This document shows positions 9,571-19,778 of a DNA stretch of 32,000 bases, one piece after another (the first letter of the stretch is position 1; every line of letters starts with the position of its first letter). The notes beneath the pieces were generated by a model. That model was given only the letters and a program-made list of their open reading frames with translations. It was not told the origin of the DNA and ran no database searches. The stretch spans positions 2,100,001-2,132,000 of the forward strand of contig NC_006138.1 of the NCBI RefSeq assembly GCF_000025945.1, read 5' to 3'. The position numbers were made by a program, and so were the translations under genes. Source of the stretch: Desulfotalea psychrophila LSv54. Its GTDB lineage: Bacteria; Desulfobacterota; Desulfobulbia; Desulfobulbales; Desulfocapsaceae.

Positions 9571-10302
9571 TGCATCTCCTCGTTCGGTCTTGTGCACCCA
9601 GAGTTTTAATTATTACTGTGGTACCGCACGTGCTAAAAAATGGTATATTCCTTGTTAGGAACAGGTTGATCTCTCCTGCTGCCTATGTGGCTGGAGAAAA
9701 AATGAGCATGGGCTTTGGCCTATAGGTGACATTTCAGGTGGCAATGTGTTGGTGAAAGCCAATCTGGCTATTTTAGCCTCCCATAGAAAACCAATATGGG
9801 CAGGACAATATACTAAAAAATTGCTGTTTGCACGGAGAAACTGTGAATTACAGATAAAAATAGGTGCTTTGATGATCAGTTTGTCAATTTCCAGTTAAAA
9901 AATTGCCCAAATGAGCAATTGTGCCGTTTTTTAATAAAAAATAAATATTAAGAAATATTGTGATAGAATTTAGAATGATAAGTAATCATGTAAATATAGC
10001 AACCTAAAAACAAATTAAGCTGAGCAGACTCTGGCCTTGGCTGATATTGCAACGGATAATGGTGAGGATGGTCTCTTTGCTGTTCTTGTACGAGGCATTT
10101 GCCTGAATGTGGGAGGATGTGGAGGAGGAGCGTTTCGTTCGGGGAGAAAGGAAATATCTCGTCTTTTTTTAGGTTAGTCTTCTTATATTGTTGCTTACAG
10201 GATCTTTGTTTGCTGGTAGGTCTTACTTGAAATCAAACCCATAGAGGGGTAAAAGAAGGTAGGTTATGAATTGTACCTACTTCTATAAAGGCTAATGACA
10301 AG

Positions 10303-12006
10303 ATGAAATTGATGAACTTGACCTTATATAAAAATAAACCGCTACAGCTATGGGGACAGTGCTTTTTTCTGTTTTTTCTATTTGTTGTGGCCCTTCCTCA
10401 GCAGGTTTTTGCTGCTGAGAAATATAATATTGTCTATCTGCTCACCGATGATATTGATCTTGCCCTTGACTATAAGGATGATATTGAGCCTGTTCTGGGG
10501 ACAACAATTAGTGATAAATTGAGGATTGTCAGTAAGGGCAAAAAATATGCTGTTATCTATAATGGCGGTGATTCGTCACAATCTGTAGCCAGTACTCTGG
10601 TGAAACATGTAGATTTGCTTGAGAAGGCAGGTTTTGATCAGCCCTATGCATCAATGGAGCAGGGCTTTTCCCGCCTCTATAATGTCAGTTATGGGATGGG
10701 GCCAAATATTGATGCTCTGAAAAGGACTTATAATAAGGTCTATGCAACCCTAGGTGAGGATGTTGGCCGTAATCTCTTTATCGAAAAAACAGCAAAGGGC
10801 AATTATACCCTGATCTATCGTAGGCGAGGTACGAAGAAGTCAACCAGTGTGGTGGCCAGGCGTCATGGCAGAATACTCCGCTTGAAGAAGATAAGGCCCT
10901 CTATTACGCAAGAAAATAATAATGAGGTTGTTTTTGGCGAGTCGAGTCTGCTGGATGAGGATGAAGAGAAGGTAGTTGTCGTTAAGGGCGAGCGCACTGT
11001 GATGGATGTTTTATCGGCACCACAGGTTGGCGATGAAATAGTGATTGTGCAGGAAAAAAATATTCTGCCGTTATCGCCGGCTTTGCCTGGCTTACCCTCC
11101 ATTGTCTTTCCTGCCGAGAAAATTAAGTTGCAGGCGGTTAAGAAAGTATATATTGCCAAGGTGACGGGACGTGGCAAGAGGGTGCATAAAACGGTTTCCA
11201 GCACCCTACGGGTAAAAAGGTCATCTTCACGGAAAGTTGAAAAATCTATTGAAGCCTATATTGCCAAGCTTCGTCAGAAGGGAAAAATTTCCAGAGATGA
11301 AGCCACGGGCTGGATGGTTTTTGATCTTGCCACCGGTGAGTCAATTGTTGATATTAACGCTAATCGGAAATTTCAAACAGCAAGCATGATCAAACCATTT
11401 GTGGCCCTTGCCTTCTTCCATAAGGTGCAGGCTGGTCAACTGACCTATGGCCCAAGGAGCAGGCGTAATATGACGGCCATGATTCAGAGATCCAGTAATT
11501 CATCAACTAACTGGGTCATGCGTCAGGTTGGTGGGCCTCGGGCCTGCGAGGCTATTTTGACCAAGTACTATCCGCAAATTTTTAAGGGGATTGAGCTTAA
11601 GGAGTATATTCCAGCCGGAGGACGTACATATAAAAACCGTGCATACCCATCTGATTATGTTCGTTTTTTGCGAGAACTTTGGGACAGGAAGTTGCCTCAC
11701 TCAAAAGAGATGAGGCGTCTTATGGCCCTGCCTGGTCGGGATCGGCTCTACTTTGGTACTCCCATTCCCCGTGGAACTTTGGTCTATAACAAGACAGGTT
11801 CAACAGCACATCTCTGTGGCGATATGGGTATTTTAGTGCCTAAAACCAGAAGTGGTTCTCGTTACCCATATGTTATTGTGGGTATTATTGAGAAAAAATC
11901 TCGATCGGCAAATTACGGTGCCTGGGTTGCCTCACGAAGTAAGGTGATTCGTCAGGTGTCAACTCTTGTCTATCGGGAGATGAAGAAAGAACATAGGTTG
12001 AGATAG
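10303..12006 (+). CDS. Serine hydrolase, class A beta-lactamase-like (penicillin-recognising fold), with signal peptide and long N-terminal extension
   Basis: C-terminal domain with SMIK (SxxK), SSN/STN-type motif (MIQRSSNSSTNWV) and KTG (YNKTGSTAHLCGDMGI); N-terminal hydrophobic signal; Lys/Arg-rich linker. Confidence 0.82.
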   Translation: MKLMNLTLYKNKPLQLWGQCFFLFFLFVVALPQQVFAAEKYNIVYLLTDDIDLALDYKDDIEPVLGTTISDKLRIVSKGKKYAVIYNGGDSSQSVASTLVKHVDLLEKAGFDQPYASMEQGFSRLYNVSYGMGPNIDALKRTYNKVYATLGEDVGRNLFIEKTAKGNYTLIYRRRGTKKSTSVVARRHGRILRLKKIRPSITQENNNEVVFGESSLLDEDEEKVVVVKGERTVMDVLSAPQVGDEIVIVQEKNILPLSPALPGLPSIVFPAEKIKLQAVKKVYIAKVTGRGKRVHKTVSSTLRVKRSSSRKVEKSIEAYIAKLRQKGKISRDEATGWMVFDLATGESIVDINANRKFQTASMIKPFVALAFFHKVQAGQLTYGPRSRRNMTAMIQRSSNSSTNWVMRQVGGPRACEAILTKYYPQIFKGIELKEYIPAGGRTYKNRAYPSDYVRFLRELWDRKLPHSKEMRRLMALPGRDRLYFGTPIPRGTLVYNKTGSTAHLCGDMGILVPKTRSGSRYPYVIVGIIEKKSRSANYGAWVASRSKVIRQVSTLVYREMKKEHRLR

Positions 12007-12030
12007 GTGTTTTTCTTCGATTCTCTGCCT

Positions 12031-12843
12031 CTACTTGTCTCCTTCTAACTGGCGATAGTGGCGCTCTCGGTCGGCGGTATCCTGCTGATAGTAGGAGGAG
12101 AGTACCTGGTAGAGTCGTTGGTATTCATCTTGCATTTTCAGGGGACGATCAAAGAAGAGCTCTGTTGCCACGGCAAAAAACTCTGCTTCATTGAGGCTCC
12201 CATAGGAATCAAGCAGGGTAGACTGTCCCCGTTCAGTCTCTTGGCGCAGGCGTAAAAATTCTTCGGTAAAAGTCTTCACCCACTGCATATAGAGCTCTCT
12301 GCTATGCAGTTCCGGGGTACCATCTGCCCGGCCATCACGCATATCAAGAATATGGGCAAATTCATGATATACCACATTATGGCCTCTTTCCGGATGCCTT
12401 GCCCCGGAGAGAACGGCATCCCAGACCAGAACTACGGCCCCCTGTTGCCAGGCTAGGCCGAGAACCTGTTGCTGATCGGGGATAATCGATCCACCCATGG
12501 AAAAAACTGATTGTCTGGCAGGCGGAATGGTCACGGTAGTTGGATAGACTAGAACAGAGTCAATATTACTGTACTGAAATAAGGGGAGGCCAAGTACTAA
12601 AAGACTGGCCTGGGCTGCGATGATCACTCTTATGGTATCATTGAGTTCAAGTCCGCCACAGCCCTCAAAGTTTTTCTCTGCTATAAATACTTGAGAGAGA
12701 TCTTCCACTGTCTTTTTTTCATCTTCGCTAAGATATTTATAGTGAACCAAATTCTCCTGTAAAATATCTCGCCAGTGGCAGGGAAAGGGCTCCTGCAAAA
12801 TTTTTCCTCGCCGACGTTCTTTCAACCAGTTCAGCATAGCCAT
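12031..12843 (-). CDS. mtfA: Zinc-dependent peptidase, MtfA family (M90)
   Basis: HExxH motif in VVYHEFAHILDMRDGRADG, upstream YPTTVTIPPARQSVFSMGG...QGAVVLVWDAV and downstream NEAEFFAVATELFFDRP. Confidence 0.88.
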   Translation of the reverse strand: MAMLNWLKERRRGKILQEPFPCHWRDILQENLVHYKYLSEDEKKTVEDLSQVFIAEKNFEGCGGLELNDTIRVIIAAQASLLVLGLPLFQYSNIDSVLVYPTTVTIPPARQSVFSMGGSIIPDQQQVLGLAWQQGAVVLVWDAVLSGARHPERGHNVVYHEFAHILDMRDGRADGTPELHSRELYMQWVKTFTEEFLRLRQETERGQSTLLDSYGSLNEAEFFAVATELFFDRPLKMQDEYQRLYQVLSSYYQQDTADRERHYRQLEGDK

Positions 12844-12876
12844 TTCCCCCTTAAAATATTTCAGATGTGAGCGTTT

Positions 12877-13266
12877 TTAGACAAGGGCAATAAGGTCAAT
12901 TTCAACCCGGGCATTCTTGGGCAGGTGGGCAACCTCAACACAGGCTCTGGCAGGTGCCTCTTCGCCAAAAAACTCTGCGTAAACTGCATTGATCTTGGCG
13001 AAATCAGTGAGGTTTGCAACAAAGACAGTGGCTTTTACCACTAACTCAAAGTTGCTTCCCGCAGCCGAGAGTATTGCCCCGAGGTTGGTCATTACCTGGC
13101 GTGTTTCTGTCTGGACATCACCTGCTACAATCTCTCCCGTTACCGGATCAAGGCCCAGCTGCCCCGAAACAAAAACCATGGAATCGGTTTTCACTGCCTG
13201 CGAATATGGACCGAGGGCATTGGGTGCATCTTTAGTACTGATAACTTTACGTTGTTGAACAGCCAT
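12877..13266 (-). CDS. ridA: RidA family protein (reactive intermediate/imine deaminase)
   Basis: AVQQRKVISTKDAPNALGPYSQAVKTDSMVFVSGQLGLDPVTGEIV...RACVEVAHLPKNARVEIDLIALV. Confidence 0.95.
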   Translation of the reverse strand: MAVQQRKVISTKDAPNALGPYSQAVKTDSMVFVSGQLGLDPVTGEIVAGDVQTETRQVMTNLGAILSAAGSNFELVVKATVFVANLTDFAKINAVYAEFFGEEAPARACVEVAHLPKNARVEIDLIALV

Positions 13267-13658
13267 CTCATTCTCCTCTGATAGATTAATAAAAAATTAT
13301 TATACACAAAGCAGAGGGGAAATTCCTCCTTTCTCTCTGTTCTCGGGTAGCCCTGTTTGTCAGGTTGCTCTGCGCCATTTTTTTCAAGGAAAAGAGGATT
13401 ATTTTATCCTGTAGTGAAGAGGTGTTTTTTTACAGGCAGGAATGAGATGCTAGCTGCTTTTTTTTATGGCACCTAGGCAGAAAAAAGTGATTGCAGGGCA
13501 ATGTTGCCCTGCAGGTGCCGAAAGGTTAAGATGGGCCGATATCTCTCTTAATCGATATCTCAGGGCAAATGCTACCCTCGTCTGAGGCGGGATTATAGAT
13601 TTTGCCTTAAATCCTTTTTATGTCAGTTGGGAGCTCTTCTGACTGCTTTTCCGGAATA

Positions 13659-14093
13659 ATGAAAATACTTTTTCTTTGCACAGGAAACTCCTGTAGAAGC
13701 CAGATGGCCGAGGGCTGGACCCGTTATCTTCATCCTGAAATATTCACCGTCTATTCGGCAGGAGTTGAAATTCATGGCATGAACCCCCACGCCGTTCAGG
13801 TAATGGGGGAGGCAGGTATTGATATCAGTGGTCAGAGGTCTCAGCACCTCGATGATTTTTCTGCTCTGGAAATTGATTATGTCATCACCGTCTGTAGTAA
13901 CGCTCAGGAGAGTTGCCCTATCTTTCCCCGAGCTACCAAGACCCTGCATGTGGGCTTTGATGATCCTCCCGCCATGGCTCGTGAACTGGCAGCAGCCGGT
14001 GCCGGTGCGGAGGTACAGCTGGACTGTTACCGCCGGGTCCGGGATCAGATAGGCGAGTTTGTCCGCACCCTGCCAGAGAGGCTCTCCGCATAG
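13659..14093 (+). CDS. arsC: Arsenate reductase / low-MW protein tyrosine phosphatase family (ArsC, thioredoxin-type)
   Basis: P-loop LCTGNSCRSQMAEGW, VITVCSNAQESCPIFP, HVGFDDPP; ATG at 13659. Confidence 0.88.
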   Translation: MKILFLCTGNSCRSQMAEGWTRYLHPEIFTVYSAGVEIHGMNPHAVQVMGEAGIDISGQRSQHLDDFSALEIDYVITVCSNAQESCPIFPRATKTLHVGFDDPPAMARELAAAGAGAEVQLDCYRRVRDQIGEFVRTLPERLSA

Positions 14094-14155
14094 AAAGCTC
14101 GTCGGACAGTTCCAACCAGCTCCACTCTATCTGTGAATTTTCACCGCTGTCCGCA

Positions 14156-14986
14156 TTAACCGAATCTGCCGGTAATGTAATCCTCTGTCAGTTGATGACC
14201 TGGATTGGTAAAGATCTTCTCCGTTGCTCCTACCTCCACCAGAGAACCCATATGAAAGTATGCAGTTCTTTGTGAGACCCGGGAGGCCTGTTGCATGGCA
14301 TGGGTCACAATAACAATAGAGTACTGAGTGCTTAGCTCGGCAATCAGCTCCTCTACTTTGGCTGTGGCGATGGGATCCAGAGCTGAACAGGGCTCATCCA
14401 TTAGGATAACTTCGGGGCTGACAGCAATGGCCCGGGCAATACAGAGGCGTTGTTGCTGGCCACCCGACAGACTTGTACCCGATTCATGAAGTCGATCCTT
14501 CACCTCATCCCAAAGGCCTGCCTTAATTAGAGAACTCTCCACTATTTCAGAGAGGTCAGCCTTGCCGGTGGCAAGGCCATGAATCCGGGGTCCGTAGGAA
14601 ACATTGTCAAAGATAGATTTTGGGAAGGGATTGGGCTTTTGAAAGACCATGCCCACCTGGGCCCGCAGAGGAACCACATCCACTGTGGGAGCATAAATAT
14701 TCACCCCATCAAGAGTGATATCGCCGCTCACCCGACAACTGGCAAGGCTGTCGTTCATTCGGTTTAAGCAGCGAAGAAAGGTAGATTTGCCGCAGCCTGA
14801 GGGGCCAATCATGGCCAGCACCTCGTTGCGACCAACGTCTATGGAAATGTTTTTGATAGCACATTTTTCGCCATAATGAACGTCGACCTTACGACATGTC
14901 ATCCGGGCATTTTCAACAAAGGGGACGCCCACGGTCTGCTGGGAGGTTTCGGAGAGTTCTCCGTTTGTATCTAATCTGAGTTGCAT
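14156..14986 (-). CDS. pstB: Phosphate ABC transporter ATP-binding protein PstB
   Basis: Walker [20 protein letters not shown], signature [15 protein letters not shown], Walker [24 protein letters not shown]; start MQLRLD at 14986. Confidence 0.98.
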   Translation of the reverse strand: MQLRLDTNGELSETSQQTVGVPFVENARMTCRKVDVHYGEKCAIKNISIDVGRNEVLAMIGPSGCGKSTFLRCLNRMNDSLASCRVSGDITLDGVNIYAPTVDVVPLRAQVGMVFQKPNPFPKSIFDNVSYGPRIHGLATGKADLSEIVESSLIKAGLWDEVKDRLHESGTSLSGGQQQRLCIARAIAVSPEVILMDEPCSALDPIATAKVEELIAELSTQYSIVIVTHAMQQASRVSQRTAYFHMGSLVEVGATEKIFTNPGHQLTEDYITGRFG

Positions 14987-15042
14987 TGTTATCGCTCTCA
15001 ATTGGTTCGGCAGGGCTGTAATCAGCCCTGCTGGCAAAATAT

Positions 15043-16083
15043 TTATTTTTTCAGGGTTTTCAGTTCTTTCACAGCTTGGGCATACTCTGCCCTCTCAGCC
15101 TCGGGCATGGGAATCATGCCCTTATCGGCCAGATAACCCTCATCGCCCCATGCCTTTTCACTGGTAAACTCAGCAAGAAAGCCCTTCATGCCCGGAATAA
15201 CATCCACATGGGCCTTTTTTACATAGAAAAAGAGTGGCCGAGAGACGGGGTAGCTCCCGTCGGCAATGGCCTCGAAGGTCGGTTCCATCCCTTCGATGAA
15301 AGACCCCTGAACCAGATCGGCATTTTGCTCAAGGAAGGAAAATCCGAAAATACCAACGGCCGCCGGATTTGCCTGGAGTTTCTGGACAATGAGATTGTCA
15401 TTTTCACCTGCCTCAATATAGGCACCATCTTCACGGATGGTGTGGCAGATCTTTTTGTAGGCCTTTTTGTCTGCCTTCTTCAGGGCTTTGATGGAGTCAA
15501 ACTGCTTGGCGCCACTCTCCATGGCCAGCTCTACAAAGGCATCGCGGGTACCCGAGGTTGGGGGAGGACCCAATACTTCAATTTGGGTGGCAGGGAGCTG
15601 GGGGTTCACATCCCGCCAGGTCTTATAGGGGTTAGCGATCATTTTAGTAGGGTCCTGAGGATCCGGTACCTGCATGGCCAGGGCCATGAAAATTTCCTTT
15701 CTGCTCAGCTTGAGTGGAGCTCTCTCCTTAGAGTTGGCCAGAACGATTCCATCATAACCTATCTTTACCTCGACAATGTCTCCTACCCCGTTGGCCTGGC
15801 ACTGATTAAATTCAGAAGATTTGATCGCCCGGGAGGCGTTGGTGATATCAGGATAGTTAACCCCGAGACCGCTGCAGAAGAGTTTAAAACCACCACCCGA
15901 TCCTGTGGACTCAATTTTGGGAGTGGCAAAATTCGTCGTTTTACCAAACTGCTCTGCAACCACCGTCGCAAAAGGGTAGACCGTTGAAGAGCCGACAACG
16001 GAAATATAATCACGGGCCGCAAGGGCTGTTCCCGCAGCCAGTAAGGATATGGTACAGCCTAATAAAACAGTTTTTACCTTCAT
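15043..16083 (-). CDS. pstS: Phosphate ABC transporter substrate-binding protein PstS
   Basis: Signal peptide, then [23 protein letters not shown]...[14 protein letters not shown]...TNASRAI. Confidence 0.95.
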   Translation of the reverse strand: MKVKTVLLGCTISLLAAGTALAARDYISVVGSSTVYPFATVVAEQFGKTTNFATPKIESTGSGGGFKLFCSGLGVNYPDITNASRAIKSSEFNQCQANGVGDIVEVKIGYDGIVLANSKERAPLKLSRKEIFMALAMQVPDPQDPTKMIANPYKTWRDVNPQLPATQIEVLGPPPTSGTRDAFVELAMESGAKQFDSIKALKKADKKAYKKICHTIREDGAYIEAGENDNLIVQKLQANPAAVGIFGFSFLEQNADLVQGSFIEGMEPTFEAIADGSYPVSRPLFFYVKKAHVDVIPGMKGFLAEFTSEKAWGDEGYLADKGMIPMPEAERAEYAQAVKELKTLKK

Positions 16084-16125
16084 CTTCTTCTCCTGGTAGT
16101 TTTTTTACCGTAGGGTTTATTGGTG

Positions 16126-17388
16126 TTACCACTTTGTTTCGAATTTCTTACGCAGGAATACCGCCGCGGCATTCATGGAGATTAAAAACAGCAGCAGGAT
16201 CATGATGGCCGCTGAGGTTTTTTCGGAAAAGGCCCGTTCCGGGCTGTCTGCCCAAAGATATATCTGTACGGGCAGGACCGTGGAGGGGTCAGTGATTCCA
16301 CCTGGAATGTCGACAATAAAGGCAATCATGCCAATCATCAGCAGGGGTGCCGTTTCACCAAGGGCCTGGGCCATACCAATGATTGTCCCTGTCAGCATGC
16401 CGGGCATGGCCAGGGGGAGGACATGGTGGGTTATGGTCTGCATCTTGGAGGCACCAACGCCAAGGGCTGCTTCACGGATGGAGGGGGGCACTGATTTGAG
16501 GGAGGCCCGGCTGGCAATGATGATTGTTGGCAGGGTCATCAGGGAGAGTACCAGCCCACCCACCAGCGGAGTAGAGCGGGGTATTCCCCAGATGTTGATG
16601 AAGACTGCAAGACCGAGCAGGCCAAAAATAATTGAAGGCACAGCGGCAAGGTTGTTGATGTTTACCTCAATCAGATCTGTCCACCTGTTGCTCGGGGCAA
16701 ACTCTTCGAGATAAATTGCCGTGGCCACCCCAATGGGAAAGGAGAGGCAGAGGGTGATGAGGAGAGTATAGAAAGAACCACAGGCTGCTCCCAAAATTCC
16801 TGCCAACTCCGGTTCACGCGAATCTCCCGCCGTGAAAAAGGTGGTGTTGAAAACCATCTCTATTTTATTATTTGCCACCAGGCTGTCAATCCAAGCCAGC
16901 TGTTGATCGTTCACCCGGCGATTGGCCTGAGGCAGAGAACGATCAATTTCTCCCTTCATCAGCATATCCACATCATCGTTTGCAGGAACCCAAAATTTCA
17001 GTCGACTGCCTATTATGGCCGGATCTGCAAGTACCTTATCCTGAATTTCAAAGGAGGCACCGGGACTGATCAGGCGATAGAGACTCTTTTTATCCTGTCG
17101 ATCTGTTACCTCGGGAAACAGGGCATAAAGAGATCTCTTCACCATGGCCGGATAATTTGCCAGGCGAAGGTTTTCGCCTACGAAATCTGCTGGTCGTAAC
17201 TCCACCTCAAGCTCTATTTTTGTCTGCTCAAAGGCCTTATAGCCATGGGTAAAAATATCAGAGAAGAGAAAGGCAATAAAACAGAGAGCTACAGCTATGG
17301 CAGAGACACCGGCAAGACGGAAACAACGGTCCTTGCGATATCGACTCTGTAGTTTTGCACTATTTTGTATGCTGGCGAGTGTATTCAT
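16126..17388 (-). CDS. pstA: Phosphate ABC transporter permease PstA (long form with periplasmic DUF3333-like region)
   Basis: PstA core PTIIIASRASLKSVPPSIREAALGVGASKMQTITHHVLPLAMPGMLTGTIIGMAQALGETAPLLMIG; 420 aa. Confidence 0.94.
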   Translation of the reverse strand: MNTLASIQNSAKLQSRYRKDRCFRLAGVSAIAVALCFIAFLFSDIFTHGYKAFEQTKIELEVELRPADFVGENLRLANYPAMVKRSLYALFPEVTDRQDKKSLYRLISPGASFEIQDKVLADPAIIGSRLKFWVPANDDVDMLMKGEIDRSLPQANRRVNDQQLAWIDSLVANNKIEMVFNTTFFTAGDSREPELAGILGAACGSFYTLLITLCLSFPIGVATAIYLEEFAPSNRWTDLIEVNINNLAAVPSIIFGLLGLAVFINIWGIPRSTPLVGGLVLSLMTLPTIIIASRASLKSVPPSIREAALGVGASKMQTITHHVLPLAMPGMLTGTIIGMAQALGETAPLLMIGMIAFIVDIPGGITDPSTVLPVQIYLWADSPERAFSEKTSAAIMILLLFLISMNAAAVFLRKKFETKW

Positions 17389-17490
17389 TTTTTTTTTACT
17401 TATGGGTGATTTGAAAAATTAAGATTTTCAATAAATATCAGCGAGGCCCCGACTCCGAGGCGAATTAAAAAATTTCTGGCAGGGCAGAGA

Positions 17491-18876
17491 TTATTCATAT
17501 TGCTCCCGGTATCTGCGCACAACATAGAGGGCAATGATGTTAAGAAACAGGGTGAAGATAAAGAGAAAGAGACCCAGGGCAAAGGCGGCCAGGGTCTTGG
17601 CACTGTCAAATTCCTGATCTCCCGTGAGCAGAGTGACGATCTGTACGGTTACGGTGGTCACCGCCTTCAGGGGATTATAGGTAAGATTGGCCGAGAGTCC
17701 CGCCGCCATAACTACGATCATTGTCTCGCCAATGGCTCTGGAGACGGCGAGTAACACACTGCCGACGATCCCCGGCAGGGCCGCAGGGATAACAACGTTT
17801 TTTATTGTTTCATAGGAGGTTGCCCCCAATGCCAGGGAACCATCACGTAGGGATTGGGGAACCGCATGGATAACATCATCTGAGAGTGAGGAGACAAAGG
17901 GGATAATCATAATTCCCATGACAAGACCCGCTGCCAGAGCACTTTCAGAGGAGACCGCAAAACCGAGATTCGAGCCAACATCCCGAATCATGGGAGCTAC
18001 GGTAAGGGCTGCAAAAAAGCCATAGACAACGGTTGGAATCCCGGCCAAAATCTCCAGAAGAGGTTTGACCCAGGTGCGCACCTGTTCCGATGCATATTCG
18101 GAGAGAAAAATTGCCGAGAGCAGACCTATGGGAATGGCAATAGCCATCGCTATGAGGGCAATCAAAATGGTACCGGCAAAAACCGGTACAGCACCGAAGG
18201 CCCCGGATGATCCTGCCTGGTCGACTCGCATGGCCGTCTGTGGACTCCACTTGAGTCCGAGAAGGAAATCTAAAACGGGGACCTCTCTGAAGAAGGCAAT
18301 TGATTCAATCAGCACCGACATGATGATACCAAGAGTGGTAAAGATGGCTACAGCAGAGCAGAGCATTAAAAAGATGGTAGAGAGTCGTTCCACGATATTT
18401 CTGGCACGTAACTCCAGGCTGATATTGCGGTAACTCAGGTAAAAGCCCAGGATGGTGAGGCCGAGTGAGAGATAGGCCATAAGGCTTTGCCAGCCTTGCT
18501 GAGTGGCGAGATAGAGTCGTGCACTTCCTGTGGCGGTGGCATTGTTGAGAGAGGTGACAATATCTCCCCGAATGGCATTTTTAACGTCATTCATTACCAG
18601 GGAGAATTCGTTGCCTGAGAGGCTCTGTAGCTCTTGGGGCAAACCCCTCTTTACAGCAAGGGTTAAGAGATGTCCCTCGGCCATCTGCCAGAGGCTCCAG
18701 ATAGCGAGTGCCGGTACGGCCGTCCAAAAAGCCACGAAGAGGCCGTGATATAGTGGCAGGGAGTGCAGAGAGCGCAGACCATCCTGTCTCCACAGTTCCT
18801 TGGCTCTGCCGGATCCTTTCAGGTAAGCTGCCAGGGCAAGAACAAGAATTATTGGCAGTAAATAGTTGTAAAGCAT
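17491..18876 (-). CDS. pstC: Phosphate ABC transporter permease PstC (long form)
   Basis: PstC core GIPTVVYGFFAALTVAPMIRDVG...VIHAVPQSLRDGSLALGATSYETIKNVVIPAALPGIVGSVLLAVSRAIGETMIVVMAAG; 461 aa. Confidence 0.94.
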   Translation of the reverse strand: MLYNYLLPIILVLALAAYLKGSGRAKELWRQDGLRSLHSLPLYHGLFVAFWTAVPALAIWSLWQMAEGHLLTLAVKRGLPQELQSLSGNEFSLVMNDVKNAIRGDIVTSLNNATATGSARLYLATQQGWQSLMAYLSLGLTILGFYLSYRNISLELRARNIVERLSTIFLMLCSAVAIFTTLGIIMSVLIESIAFFREVPVLDFLLGLKWSPQTAMRVDQAGSSGAFGAVPVFAGTILIALIAMAIAIPIGLLSAIFLSEYASEQVRTWVKPLLEILAGIPTVVYGFFAALTVAPMIRDVGSNLGFAVSSESALAAGLVMGIMIIPFVSSLSDDVIHAVPQSLRDGSLALGATSYETIKNVVIPAALPGIVGSVLLAVSRAIGETMIVVMAAGLSANLTYNPLKAVTTVTVQIVTLLTGDQEFDSAKTLAAFALGLFLFIFTLFLNIIALYVVRRYREQYE

Positions 18877-18912
18877 CGTCTATCTCGTCTGGGAAAAATT
18901 TGATCTAAAAAT

Positions 18913-19572
18913 TCAGGATATTCTGACAATGTCGCCTTCCACCAGATAGACGACCTCTTCGGCAATATTGGTTGCCCGGTCAGCAATTCTCTCCAGGTAG
19001 CCTGCCACTAAAAAGACATCTATCAGGGCCGACGAGCAGTCGTGGCCTTGATAAAATTCTGCCTTGATATTCTTGTATGCGCTGTCCCGCAGGGCATCAA
19101 CATCGTCGTCTAAAAAGAAGACCTGTCGTGCCTTGGCCGAATCTCGCTTGACCAGGGCGTCAATACTCATCTTCAACATTTCAATGACAATCCTGGACAT
19201 GGTCGAATAATCAATGGTCTGGCCGACCTCGATCTGTTGCTCGGAAATTTTTCTCACACAGCGCCCTATATTTACAGCTGTGTCGGCTATCCTTTCCATT
19301 TCGTTGTTTATTTTAATAACAGCTACAATGAATCGAAGGTCGCTGGCCACGGGTTGATACAGTGCTAACAGCTTGAGACAATCCTCTTCGATCTCTACCT
19401 CCAGCTCATCTATCTCATAATCAGAGCGAATCAGAGAGTTGACAGCCTCTTCATTGTGGCTCTCGATAACCTCTGTTGCCCTTTGTACCCGGTTTTCTAC
19501 CAGGCTACTCATGTGCATCATCTTGCAGTTAAGGGCGATTAATTCATTTTGAAAGCTATCCTGTAGAACCAT
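18913..19572 (-). CDS. phoU: Phosphate transport system regulator PhoU
   Basis: PhoU repeats (LVENRVQRATEVIESHNEEAVNSLIRSDYEIDELEVEIEEDCLKLLALYQPVASDLRFIVAVIKINNEMERIADTAVNI...YLERIADRATNIAEEVVYLVEG); start MVLQDSF at 19572. Confidence 0.95.
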   Translation of the reverse strand: MVLQDSFQNELIALNCKMMHMSSLVENRVQRATEVIESHNEEAVNSLIRSDYEIDELEVEIEEDCLKLLALYQPVASDLRFIVAVIKINNEMERIADTAVNIGRCVRKISEQQIEVGQTIDYSTMSRIVIEMLKMSIDALVKRDSAKARQVFFLDDDVDALRDSAYKNIKAEFYQGHDCSSALIDVFLVAGYLERIADRATNIAEEVVYLVEGDIVRIS

Positions 19573-19778
19573 TATATTTTTCCTCTCCTTGCCGCTGCCG
19601 GCCTGTTTTTTTCTTTGCCGCTTTACTGATGTACATATTAGAGGCCTGATGTTCGTTTGCAATTAGGTCTTTATTAGGATTAGGTTAGGAGGGGTAAAAC
19701 TTGTTGCAGTGAGGAGGTAAAACCTGCAATACTCCTGCATGATTAACCTCCACCGGCAAAAAAATCCTGGGAAATAAA

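Noticed and set aside
9571-10302. ~730-bp intergenic region upstream of glyA as a possible riboswitch (glycine or THF)
   Set aside because: I could not recognise glycine or THF riboswitch consensus elements by eye; only weak short stems are visible. An Rfam/Infernal scan would be needed before claiming anything.
15076-15987. 303-aa plus-strand ORF opposite pstS
   Set aside because: Antisense shadow of pstS; the sequence does not resemble a real protein and pstS is strongly supported on the other strand.
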